From positions 120,303,144 to 120,339,474 of the forward strand of contig NC_068981.1 in NCBI RefSeq assembly GCF_001194135.2: a stretch of 36,331 bases of DNA. Reading direction: 5' to 3'. The stretch comes from Octopus bimaculoides. Lineage: Eukaryota. A model generated the notes under the pieces. That model searched no databases, was not told where the DNA came from, and saw only the letters and a list, made by a program, of their open reading frames with translations. Both the position numbers and the translations under genes were made by a program. Positions 1 to 10,184 of the stretch are shown here, piece after piece. The first letter of the stretch is position 1; each line of letters starts with the position of its first letter.

Positions 1-135
1 CAGTCAAATCGTCCAACCCATGCTAGCATGGAAAGCGGACGTTAAACGATGATGATGATGATGATGATGATGATATATATAGATAGATAGATAGACAGAC
101 AGACAGGCAGGCAGGCAGATAGATAGATAGATAAA
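1..135 (+). mobile_element. 3' end of an RTE-type LINE or LINE-tailed element with (GAT)n tail, running into (GATA)/(GACA)/(GGCA) microsatellites
   Basis: ccaacccatgctagcatggaaagcggacgttaaacgatgatgatg matches the same tail seen at 13950-14185 and, inverted, at 8690, 11455 and 27590. Confidence 0.7.
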
Positions 136-145
136 GATAAACTTA

Positions 146-308
146 TACAATGGGCATCTACAGTTTCTGTTTACTAAATTCACTCATAAGGCATTGGTTG
201 GCCCAGGGCAGCAGTAGGAGACACTTATGCAAGGTACCAGGCAATGGGACCGAACCTGAAACCAGGTAATTTGCAAAGTGCACTTCTTGATCACACAACC
301 AAGCCTGT
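146..308 (-). mobile_element. tRNA-derived SINE, 5' part
   Basis: Reverse complement is homologous to the SINE heads at 13535 and 29460 (degenerate A/B boxes, ccttg..aagtgtct body). Confidence 0.7.
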
Positions 309-1630
309 TAACTTTTTTACATAATTCTCCTCATGAACCAAACATTACTGAAGGTGAAAAGAGTCTTCTGTTTATATTTTAAGTTTCATTTGAGAAGGAA
401 GGGTTGCACCAAAGATTTTTCACAACCCTCCCTATTAGTGTGGACAATGTCATTGATATTCAGGTTGAGCTTTTGTGGGGTGATTTCTGTCAGGAAAACT
501 TGAAGGTTGCAGGATAAAAAAACTCTAGCAAAGAAGTAATTGGGGAAAGTATTTAATGCAGGGTTTCTTGGCTGAGACAAAATAATATGCAAAGAGAAGA
601 AAGAATGATGCATCAGATCAGAAACAGTTTTCAAATTCAGAAGAACAAAAGCTATTTTAGTAGTTGTAATAGAAAAGACAGAGAGAAGCAGCACATCTAA
701 ACAAGTGGTAATAACTTGTTGGGGAGTGAGTCTTGGCTAATCAGCTGAATGGGCATCTTTTATTATGTAGTCAAAGATAATTAATTACATGTCTCTAGCA
801 GTAAACTTCCACACAGATATATGGAGCTGTTTTCCTTTGCTGGGTTAGTGAATAATGACTTCAGTGACTACTTCAAGGCTTGGTATCCATTCTTGATGTG
901 AGTCCAAGGCTCTGCTGGTTTCAGCTGACACAACTTGGTATGAGTCTCTGTTCAGATTTACAGATTCTCAGCAATTGTAAATAGTCTCACTTCTTTGTGA
1001 GACAAAGGGTAGGATGTAACCTTATAAAGAAGGTAGATTAGAACCACTAAGCCAATCCAGTATTTGATTTGACACTACCCCTGCAGTGAAACTATGACCT
1101 AGAGCCAAACTGCTCTATTTTGGTTCACATCAGTGAGCCCAAGAAGGTGATTCTGGTGTTTGTGCAGCTCCAAATCTTTCTAAAGATTCAGCCCAGAGAG
1201 GTCACTCTGTTGTTTCTTAAGACAGATCAGTACCAATTTCCAGTGTAGATCTCATTCAAAGTTGTTGATAGTCATCAGAGGAAGCATAGTTTGGAGTGTT
1301 ATTTTGTCAGTCAGTGGTAAGAAACTCTTGAGAGAGCAGAACAGCAGAAGGTCTTCAGAGAAGCACTTCACTCAGACAAGTGTTTCAGCCCTTAACATCT
1401 TACACTCTGAAGAGGCCGGGCCACATCCAGGTCATGACTCTTCTGTGTTTTATATCTTTTAAGTGATTTTGAGAAATAAATTCTAAATGACAGGAGTTTT
1501 TAATCCTCATTCAAATAGATTTAAATTTGATTTACAGAATGTTTCTGTCTTTCTGTGTTTCACCATCTCCTAGGTGTATGCATGTGCGTGTATATGCATG
1601 TGCATGTATATATGTGTGTGTATGTATGTG

Positions 1631-1772
1631 AGGTCGACTTTGCCTTTCATCCTTTCGCGGTTGATTAAATAAGTACCAGTTATGCACTGGGGTCGATGTA
1701 ATCGACTTAATCCCTTCATCTGTCCTTGTTTGTCCCCTCTATGTTTAGCCCCTTGTGGGCAATAAAGAAATA
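1631..1772 (+). mobile_element. SINE 3' half (central gtcgactttgcctttcatcc..aagtaccag domain plus tail)
   Basis: Near-identical to 8120-8250. Confidence 0.8.
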
Positions 1773-1782
1773 TATATATATG

Positions 1783-1998
1783 TGAGGGTACTGAAAAGTT
1801 CCTGGCTTAAAGGGTATCGCGAAAGGTCTGGCTGGAGGCCCTGCCTTCCAAGTTCTTTTATTGGGCTTCGAAAAACTAAAGGACTGCTGCAATAAGTGTG
1901 TGAATCTGAGAGGAAAACATGTTGAATGAAATCATAATTTAACTGATCCTCCTATATTTTCTTTTACCCAAAGCTAGGAACATTTCAGCACCCCCTCA
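1783..1998. mobile_element. Mariner-type MITE
   Basis: TIRs tgagggtactgaaaagttcctggctt and (reverse complement) tgagggggtgctgaaatgttcctagctt; about 215 bp, non-coding. Confidence 0.7.
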
Positions 1999-2470
1999 AA
2001 ATGTAATAAGTGTTTCTATTTTAGACACAAGGCCAGTATTTTTGAAGGAAGAGGAGTAGTCAATATTTATATATCATCCCAGCAACTTGGTTTTCAGTTC
2101 AGTTCTAATGTGTGTTACCCTGGATGAGTGCCTTCCACTGTAGCCCCAGGCCAACCAAAGCATTGGGAGAGGATTCAGTAAACAGAAAGTGAAAGAAACC
2201 CATCATTTGATCATCATCAAAATATTAATGTCCACTTTCTGTGCTTGCATGGGGTAGACAGAATTTGATGAGACAGATTTTCAATAGCTAGATACCCTTC
2301 CTGTTGCTAGTCTTTACTTGTTTCCAAGGTAATATTTACCCATGACCAAACATGTTTTCATGGAAGATTGGAAACAAATAAGATTGCTTGTATTACAGTG
2401 ACACTTATTTACAATATACAATACCAAGACAAGGTGGCACAAATACACACACACACACACACACACACAC

Positions 2471-2628
2471 GCAATGGGCTCCTCTGTTTCCCTCAATCAA
2501 GTCCATTCACAAGACTGGACAGCCTAGGGCTATAGTAAAAGACACTTGCTCAAGGTGCCAAGCAGTGAGACAGAATCCCAAACCATGTAGTTGGGAAGCA
2601 AATTTCATAACAATACAAGCATGCCTGT
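2471..2628 (-). mobile_element. tRNA-derived SINE 5' part
   Basis: Homologous to 24900-25055 and 10550-10678. Confidence 0.7.
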
Positions 2629-2899
2629 ATCTATTCATATACATGTGTGTGTGTATGGGAGGGGTGCATATGCATGCATGTGTGTGTGTCATTGTCTTGA
2701 TGTCATATGATAACTGTAAGCAAGCAATGGCATTCATTTCCAGTTTTCCATGAAAAAGTGTCTAGCCAAAGGGCTATTTTACCCAACTTGAAAACAGGTG
2801 AAGGTTAGTGATAGGAAAAGCATCCAGCCATAAATAATCTGGCTTGATGAATTCTGTCTGATCCATGCAAGCATGGAATACTGGACGTTGAAATAACAA

Positions 2900-2990
2900 T
2901 GTTGATGAAGATGATGATGATGATGATGAAGATGACAATGATGATGATAATGATGATGATTGTGATGTGTGTTTGTGTGTGTGTGATTTG
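2900..2990. repeat. (GAT)n then (GT)n microsatellite
   Basis: Direct reading; explains the poly-His ORF at 2779-3000. Confidence 0.9.
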
Positions 2991-3474
2991 GAGTATACAT
3001 GAAAGCTGTACTATCTGGTCATGAGCTGCAGAACAAATGTACTCTTAGAGAAACAATGAACTATATAAAACCAATATCTTTTGGAATAATTAACATTCAG
3101 TTGAGGAACAGATAAAAAGTCTAGAGATATTGCTGTCTTTTATAACTGTACACACATATATACACACACACACACGTTAGAAATGTATGTGTATGCATGC
3201 ATGTGTGTATGTACATACACATGTAATATAAACCCCACCACCATCACATATATACATCTATATAGTAAATATATGTATGTATCCAAGCATTCTCTGAGGG
3301 AAAAGCCTTCTGATCAGTGGGAATATTGGCCTCCCTACTTGCTTAGACAGTAGGGTGGCATCACTCAAAAGCTGAAACAATGCAAAGTGCATTATGACCA
3401 GCAATGTATAACAACATCCGGAAGTCTGGTCGATACCCGTGATACCCAGTATATTGGCATGTGCATATTGATGT

Positions 3475-3625
3475 ATATGGTTGTATGAGTAAGGTGTTTG
3501 CTTCACAACCATGTGGCTTTGTGTTTAATCTCAGTGCATGGCAATTGTCTTCTGTTATAGCCTTGGGCTCTGACCAATGCCTTGTGGGTAAAGTTTAATA
3601 GATGGATATTGTGCAGAAGTCTGAT
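3475..3625 (+). mobile_element. Decayed tRNA-derived SINE 5' part
   Basis: tgcttcacaaccatgtggc...ccttggg...ccaatgccttgtgggta body shared with other copies. Confidence 0.6.
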
Positions 3626-3722
3626 GTATACATACTTACTTGCACACACACACACACACATATGTATAAGTATATCTATCTATCTATCTATCTATCTATC
3701 TGTCTGTCTGTTAAATATATAT

Positions 3723-3771
<49 letters not shown>

Positions 3772-3896
3772 AAATATATAGTTTTAGGGAAAATAACCAA
3801 TTTTCAAGAACTCATCGATGAAAATCCACTATCACATATATATCACTTATATATACTTTATCTATAAGGCTCAATTTAATTTTAATTTTTTATAAA

Positions 3897-3986
3897 NNNN
3901 NNNNNNNNNNNNNNNNNNNNNNNNNNNNNNNNNNNNNNNNNNNNNNNNNNNNNNNNNNNNNNNNNNNNNNNNNNNNNNNNNNNNNN
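3897..3986. other. Assembly gap (90 N) next to (TA)n
   Basis: N run. Further 10-N gaps lie at 18747-18756 and 34329-34338. Confidence 0.98.
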
Positions 3987-4023
<37 letters not shown>

Positions 4024-4209
4024 TGTTAGACAGGTAGATATTCACACACTGTGTGTGTGTGTGGATATGCATATGTCTCTGTGTGTATGTGATTATGTGT
4101 GTCAATGCACACAGTTCTCTCAGCATAAGCATACAACAGCGTTTTATCAATTACGGTAAGCAGTAATATAATGTAACACACACATATGTATGTATGTATG
4201 CATGTATTC

Positions 4210-4800
4210 GTGACTGACAGGTTTCCTGAAGTTAGTATTGCAAACCATAAGATCATTTGCATTGCAGAACTCCAGCAACCTGGTTCCCTCCTCATTGCAG
4301 AAACCAAAATCATAGCCTCCATGTGAGCCATTGAAACCCCCTGCATGTTGTCCAACATGTCCATTGAAGTCACCAGCCACAGAGAAGGTCCCTGTCATTC
4401 ATCAACGAGGTAGTTAGCAAGAGGGTGTCATAAAATCAGTCTTTCTGTCCATCAGGTAGCACAGGCTGAGGGGCATAGGCTGAGATAATGATTGCTAACC
4501 CATGATGTAGCACTAATCTAATTTTAAGTATTCTATCACAGACTCTGACTACCTCGATTACCTTATCAACCCATTTCTCCACAAGAAATATACCCACACC
4601 CCCGACTCCGTCAGTGTTCCCTGCCCAGAAAATCTTGTACCTGTGTTCTTTGCCTGTGAGGAACCTAGCAGAACCTTCTCTCTACCTTACTTCTTGGATA
4701 CAGCACAAATCTACACGTCTCTGTTGAAGTACCTCAGCTATCTCACCAGACCTACCTTTCAATGTTCCCATGTAGAGTGGCCAACCCTGAGGGTGTGGGA
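4210..4800 (-). mobile_element. RTE-clade LINE, decayed apurinic endonuclease (APE) domain
   Basis: Minus-strand frames with stops and frameshifts give RRVDLCCIQEVR, RYKIFWAGNTDGVGGVGIFLVEKWVDKVIEVVRVCDRILKIRLVL, IISAYAPQP and GDFNGHVG..HGGYDFGFCNEEGTRLLEFCNANDLMVCNTNFRKP. These are the canonical RTE/BovB-like endonuclease motifs. Confidence 0.92.
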
Positions 4801-5099
4801 GGTTTGGGCCCGTGAGACCCTGGGATGGGGGACAGCAGAGTCATGTACCTGAAAAGAAAGCTTGCATTTGGCAAAATTCATATACAAACAATAGCCTTCA
4901 ACCTGCATACACTACACCATCATTTTTATGCACTACATGATCACTACCTTACATAAGAGATAAACCCTAAGTAGGGGTGGGGATGGTGTTAAGCCTTTAG
5001 AAGTGTTCATAGGAGACGACCAAAGATATCAGAGGATAGGGACTTCCAGTACAAGAGGTGGAATGGGAGGATAGGGACTTCCAGTACAGTGGTGGGGGT

Positions 5100-6190
5100 G
5101 GGAGAGCAGGAGTACCATGAAATAGCAGAATTAGAGAACATCTGGATTTGTATTCTTTTAGTGGAGTTATTAAAATGAAGTAGTGGAATCCGTGTGAGCT
5201 AGTTTATATAGGGTGGGGTGGTTGGTGAGGGGAAGTGTTGGAGAAGCAAGTGGTTATAGAAACAGAGAGAGAGGGGGGGGCAGAGTTAGGCTGGTCAAGG
5301 ATAGAACACGAGGGAGAAAAATATTCTTTTGGGATTTTGGGTAACATAATGTAATGAAACAGCAAATGCTGATAACAGTGAAATAGAATTGAAAAATCTT
5401 AGAATTTTCGGTCAGCCAAGCCAATCTGTGACAAAATTAGAGAAATAAGTAACAATGTGACAAAATTGAATAAATGAATAAGTGATGATAGTAAATGCGT
5501 GTGAAAGGAACTTAAGTTTGTTTTCAAAACATAACAGTGTGGAAAATGAACCTATGTTTAAACTATGTTTACATAGGTAATGAAATAGATAAAATAATGA
5601 AAAGAGCTAATAAGGGGATTATGATATGCGCAGAAAGATGTATGAAAAAAAAAACAAGATTTCTTATCTGAACATCTTCTGGATTTGTATTCTTTTGGTG
5701 GGAGATCCAGATATTCTCCGTATAGAATACACTTTGTAATGCTCATAAGCTTGAGCAGTTATAGAAGTAACTGTAGGGATAAGCAAATAAGACACATCAA
5801 TATATAATGTATATTAAATACATGAAATACAAAAAATGTTTATATGTACACATATAAAAATGTCCGACTTACACAGAATATAAATGATATAGAGAATTAA
5901 AGGGGTTGAGAAAAAGTATTACAAATCCAACAGCTGTTTCTGGGGGCTTGGTGGTCCATAATAATGTTTGTAGATTGATTCCATCATAAGATGAGATAAG
6001 CCTCCATCTTCAGGGAAGAGATTTTACATTTGAGATGTTAAAGGAAAGAAGTTCCCTTACATTTACTTATACAGAGAGTGAAATCTAATTCAAATAAGAC
6101 AAGGAAAGATTTGAACACATCTTTAATGATAAGTTACAGTTGATTTTTTTCTTTTAACGCCAGTTCAGACAATAAGTTCCATGTGAAAAT
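5100..6190 (-). mobile_element. Probable Penelope-like or retrozyme-type terminal repeat fragments (boundaries uncertain)
   Basis: Contains the hammerhead at 5921-6025 and a duplicated motif gaacatc(ttc)tggatttgtattctttt at about 5136 and 5671. No RT frame recognised. Confidence 0.4.
5921..6025 (-). ncRNA. Type I hammerhead ribozyme motif
   Basis: Minus strand reads UCC-CUGAAGA(6013-6007)-UGGAGGCUU-[48-nt loop]-AAGCCCCCA-GAAA(5940-5937)-C-AGCU-G-U-U-GGA. Core is intact; stem II is 9 bp with one A.C mismatch; loop III is palindromic; stem I is short. Confidence 0.7.
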
Positions 6191-7071
6191 TTATGTAATA
6201 TTTGTAGTTGTAAACATTAGTGTCACTTCTTCAGACCTGCATCAAAGGTGCACTCTCCTCCTTCTCCCCTTCATTCACCCCAACCATTCTTTTATCTACT
6301 TTGGTTCTGACACTGCACTTGCCCTTTTAACTGTCTCTTTGTATTTTCATCTTTATTTATTTTTTGTTTCCTCCTGATATAAACAAAACAATGTAAGAGC
6401 ACACCTGTGATGCAGGCCTGAACAAGCAGCACCCTGATTTTTAAAACTGAAAGTATTACATAAGATTTCTCCATGTAACTCTTGTGTGAACTGCTGTTGA
6501 AAGCAGAATTGGTACGGAAACAATTGTAACTTATCATTAAAGATGTAAAGTCTTCTTTTATCTTCTTATTTGCTACATACATACATACATACACACATAT
6601 AAATCATGCTGCATAGTTGAATTCTCAGATGAGGTGTTTGTTTATCAACGTTGAACAAATTATGTGTTAGATGTGGGAATAGCACTTTTACAAGAATTGC
6701 CAACAAAGAAGGAATAAATCACAATAGAAATAAGTTGACTTACAATAGCAAATAAATATTTCTAACATCTAGTTTGCAATGTTCTTTGTATATTGTATGA
6801 CACTGAGGCAAAAAAAGTCAGAAAAGAATTTGTTGCTGTTACTGTTGTTGTTGTTGTTAGCCCCATGTCAGCTTCACAAGTGACTGTTGCACATTTGTTT
6901 TCGGTGCAGTGCACATAGGATTGGGTTAGTTAATGAGTTTTTTTTTCTTGTGTTTTTCTCAAACAGTAATTTGTGACTTGAGATGGATTTGGCTATTATT
7001 TTTAGCAGACTGATGAATTCTATAGGGTTAAATGTAAAGAGCCCCTTTGGTCATAAACAACCATGAGATTG

Positions 7072-7362
7072 TACTTAGAAAGTTACTCTCCAAGGTGCAA
7101 GTTTGGGCAAGGTTGTTATGGAAGACCAGAAGTCACCCATGCATACCAGCCTTCCCTCTCCACACCACCATTGTTATCCAAGGGAAAGGCAAAGTCTTGG
7201 CACCAGTGATGTTGCAACTCATTTCTACAGCTGAGTGAACTGCAACAACATGAAATAAAGTGTCTTGCTCAAGAACACAACACACAGCCCGGTCCGGGAA
7301 TCGAACTCATTAGCTCATGGTTGTAAGCCCCACACTCTAACCACTGAGCCATGTGCCTTCAC
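7072..7362 (-). mobile_element. tRNA-derived SINE (second family)
   Basis: Reverse-complement head gaaggcacatggctcagtggttagag...gagttcgattcccggacc has clear Pol III A (TGGCTCAGTGG) and B (GTTCGATTCC) boxes. Confidence 0.85.
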
Positions 7363-7820
7363 TGAATTCTATATAGGCTTTCTTGTTAGCTCTATGATCA
7401 CAATAACAACAATAATGGGGATATATTGGAGGTGAAAATGATTAACATGTTAATGTGACAAGAAGGTGACAAGAATAAATCTCAAGAGACAAGATTTTGT
7501 GATGTGATAGTGTGACTACAACTGAGAGCGTCAGATCATCAATGATTTCAGATAGAATTAATCTTCATCAGTGACACTACTCCATTGCTCAGGGTTAAAC
7601 TAACTTGTCAGTTTATAGAAAATACCATAGGAATCAGTGGTTGATTTGCTTGCTGTAGGAAGGTTGCTGTAGGGAGCCAACCTCCCTCGCTTGCTGTAAG
7701 GAGGTTGTCTCCCTTGTCATTCGATAGATAGTGCTTTGCCCATGGCTAAGAGTTGTCTTGACTCTTATTTCTAGCAATGCTGGTGCTGACTTACACCCTT
7801 AGTCACTACATATATATATT

Positions 7821-8440
7821 AAGGTGGTGAGTTGGCAGAATTGTTACCACACCGGGTGAAATGCTTAGTGGTATTTCATCCGTCCTTATGTTCTGAGTTC
7901 AAATTCCGCCAAAGTCAACTTTACTTTTCATCCTTTCAGGGTCGATGAATAAAGTACCAGTTGAGTACTGGGGTCGATGTAATTACTAGCCCCCTCCCCC
8001 ACAATTTCAGGCCTTGTGCGTATAGTAGAAAGGCGGCGAGCTGGCAGAAACGTTAGCACGCCGGGCGAAATGCTTAGCGGTATTTCGTCTGCCGTTAAGT
8101 TCTGAGTTCAAATTCTACTGAGGTCGACTTTGCCTTTCATCTTTCGGGATCGATTAAATAAGTACCAGTTACGCACTGGGATCGATATAATTGACTTAAT
8201 CCATTTGTCTGTCCCCTCTGTGTGTAGCCCCTTGTGGGCAGTAAAGAAATAAGAAAAGATTATTATTAATAATAATAATATGGTGAGCTGGCAGAACAAA
8301 ATACTTAGTGGCATTTCGTCCATCATGTTGTTCTGAGTTCAAATTCTGCCGAGATTGACTTTGCCTTTCTTCTTTTCAGGGTCGCTAAAATAAGTACCAG
8401 TCAGACACTGGGGTGATGTAGTCAACTTACTGCTTCCTCT
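7821..8440 (+). mobile_element. Three head-to-tail SINE copies (7821-8030, 8031-8253, 8281-8440)
   Basis: Each starts ggYggYgagYtggcagaa and contains gttctgagttcaaatt and ttgcctttcatc..aagtaccag. The middle copy keeps its CpGs and looks youngest. Confidence 0.88.
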
Positions 8441-8543
8441 AAAATATTTTTAGCTGTTTCCCCAAAACTAAATAACTCTGCTGAAAGAAACAATAATATG
8501 ATTAGTAGTAAGGCTAGCTATTAGCTTACTTGGAAACAGGGGA

Positions 8544-8611
8544 GGGCCAGTAACAAGAAGGGTCAGTAACAAGAAGGGCCAGTAACAAGAAGGGTCAGTA
8601 ACAAGAAGGGC
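8544..8611. repeat. 16-bp tandem repeat x4 (gggYcagtaacaagaa)
   Basis: Direct reading. Confidence 0.9.
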
Positions 8612-8689
8612 ATCCGACTGCAGAAAATTCACCTCAATGAATTCTATCTGAATCATGAAAGTGTGGAAAATTATCATCACCATAATCAT

Positions 8690-8900
8690 TATCAACTTTT
8701 AACATCTGTCTTCCATAGGTTGGATGGCTTGACAGGAACTGGCAAAACTAGGGGCTGCACCAGGTTCCGTAGTCTGTTTTGGTTTGGTCTTTTACAACTG
8801 GATGCCTTTCCTTACTGCCAACCACTTTACAGACTGTACTGAATGCTTTTTATATGGCACCAACACCCACACCAATGCGTTTTTTTGTGGCACCTTGGTT
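8690..8900 (-). mobile_element. RTE-type 3' tail fragment
   Basis: catcatt..catagg ttggatgg..ggatgcctttcc..gccaaccactttacaga, homologous to 11455-11790 and 27590-27800. Confidence 0.75.
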
Positions 8901-9091
8901 TGGGCAGGTCTTCTTGATTTCCAATTCATTATAAAACAGTTGACTTGATGCATGTAATTCAGAATATAATACAGTACATGACTGCTTTTTGAGCATAGGT
9001 AGAGTTTCTACTGCCTTTTAAAATCAATGTATATACTGGCATTAATTGCTTTACAGAAGTATTGCATTCTGGAAAAATTTAGCCAAAACAG

Positions 9092-9252
9092 GGCTATCTT
9101 TCGATTTGATGTGAGAAAACGTCAACTGAAAGCACATGGGTTTTGTTTACATGTAATCGGTGTGTTAGGGTTAGGGTTAGCCGATTAGATGTAAACAAAA
9201 CCCATGTGCTTTCAGTTGAGGTTTTTTTCTCACATCAAATCGAAAGATAGCC
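9092..9252. mobile_element. Foldback MITE with about 70-bp TIRs, telomeric-repeat loop and 9-bp TSD
   Basis: Arms 9091-9160 and 9181-9253 differ by 2 substitutions and a 3-nt indel. Loop is tgtgTTAGGGTTAGGGTTAG. ccaaaacag flanks at 9083-9091 and 9253-9261. Confidence 0.88.
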
Positions 9253-9469
9253 CCAAAACAGAATTTCATTATTTTTTATCTTTTACTTGTTTCAGTTATC
9301 AGACTGTGGCTATGCTGGGGCATTGCCTTGAAGGAGTTTTAGTTTGTAAGGACCGTGCGATCAGGAGAGGTGACGAGGAATGGCTCCTTTAGTACATCGT
9401 ACGGTCGATACAAATAAAAATATGAAAAGAGGATAAATGAGTATAAGTGCCAGAAGGAAAACAGAGACA

Positions 9470-9502
9470 CAACCGGTAGAAGGTTTAAGAGAAGATTTTA
9501 TT
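9470..9502 (-). terminator. LTR polyadenylation signal
   Basis: AATAAA at 9502-9497 on the minus strand, followed by GT/T-rich ttgtgtctctgtttt. Confidence 0.55.
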
Positions 9503-10076
9503 GATATGTCAACTTTTGTGTCTGTGTGTGTGCGAGTGCGACATATAAACATAATAATAGACAGGCCGTCATGTAAACAAAGTGTGTGTGTATACAAACA
9601 TGGATGTATGCATGTGCGAGAAATACAGAGCATAGAAAAGAGTCTATAAGGTCGTTAGAAGAAAGTCCAGACACAAGGATGGTAAATACCAGTTCGTATT
9701 CAAGGTTCACAGTGGTTGAGGTGTTGTAACAAGAAGTTGAGGCCACGTAGCAGAGCCTGGGAGAGGCACACGTCGTGAGAAGTTGTGGTTTCAAAGTTGC
9801 TGCCAGTTGCGTGGTACAGGAGTTCTCGCAGGTTGTATTCGCTGTTAACCATGGTGAAGTAATTCACAAACAGTGTGGAGATAGAACCTGTACGAGCGTT
9901 GCTGGTGGTATGTACGTAGAGAAGTTGGTGTTGACGCTAAGAAGCTGGAGGCGACGATGATGGAGTTTGCCGTAAGCTGCTGTACGAAGTGTTCTCCATG
10001 TGGCTGCTGTTGTATCGTCATTGGAACTGGTTGTGTGCTCTGTGGCCCACGACTAGGCCTCAGAAGGTCTGGAGCT

Positions 10077-10184
10077 GACTGACATATGGGACGGTGAAAA
10101 GCTGGCTTTTATAACATACTGTCGGCTCAAACTGGGTTTTAGAAAAGACTGTCTCACGTGACCTTATCTGAAGGCTGTGATTGG
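10077..10184 (-). promoter_or_regulatory. LTR U3 core promoter: CCAAT, GATA, E-box, TATA, Inr
   Basis: On the minus strand: CCAAT 10184-10180, AGATAAG 10169-10163, CACGTG 10160-10155, TATAAAAG 10113-10106, and TCAGTC Inr 10082-10077 at canonical TATA spacing. Confidence 0.65.

Noticed and set aside
386-1370. 102-aa minus-strand ORF and an RITFLG motif suggestive of a DIRS/Gypsy RT
   Set aside because: No YxDD or other confirming motif could be read and the frames have many stops. Probably a decayed retroelement, but it cannot be classified by eye.
1370-1440. Hammerhead-like motif on the minus strand (GGCCC..GGGCU-GAAA-C-ACUU-GUC)
   Set aside because: The 3' half is canonical, but the 5' core reads CUGGAUGU instead of CUGANGA and stem I does not pair in register. 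At best a dead relic.
7290-7362. tRNA gene
   Set aside because: A and B boxes are present, but the sequence continues into a SINE body and lacks a complete cloverleaf acceptor stem; it is a SINE head.
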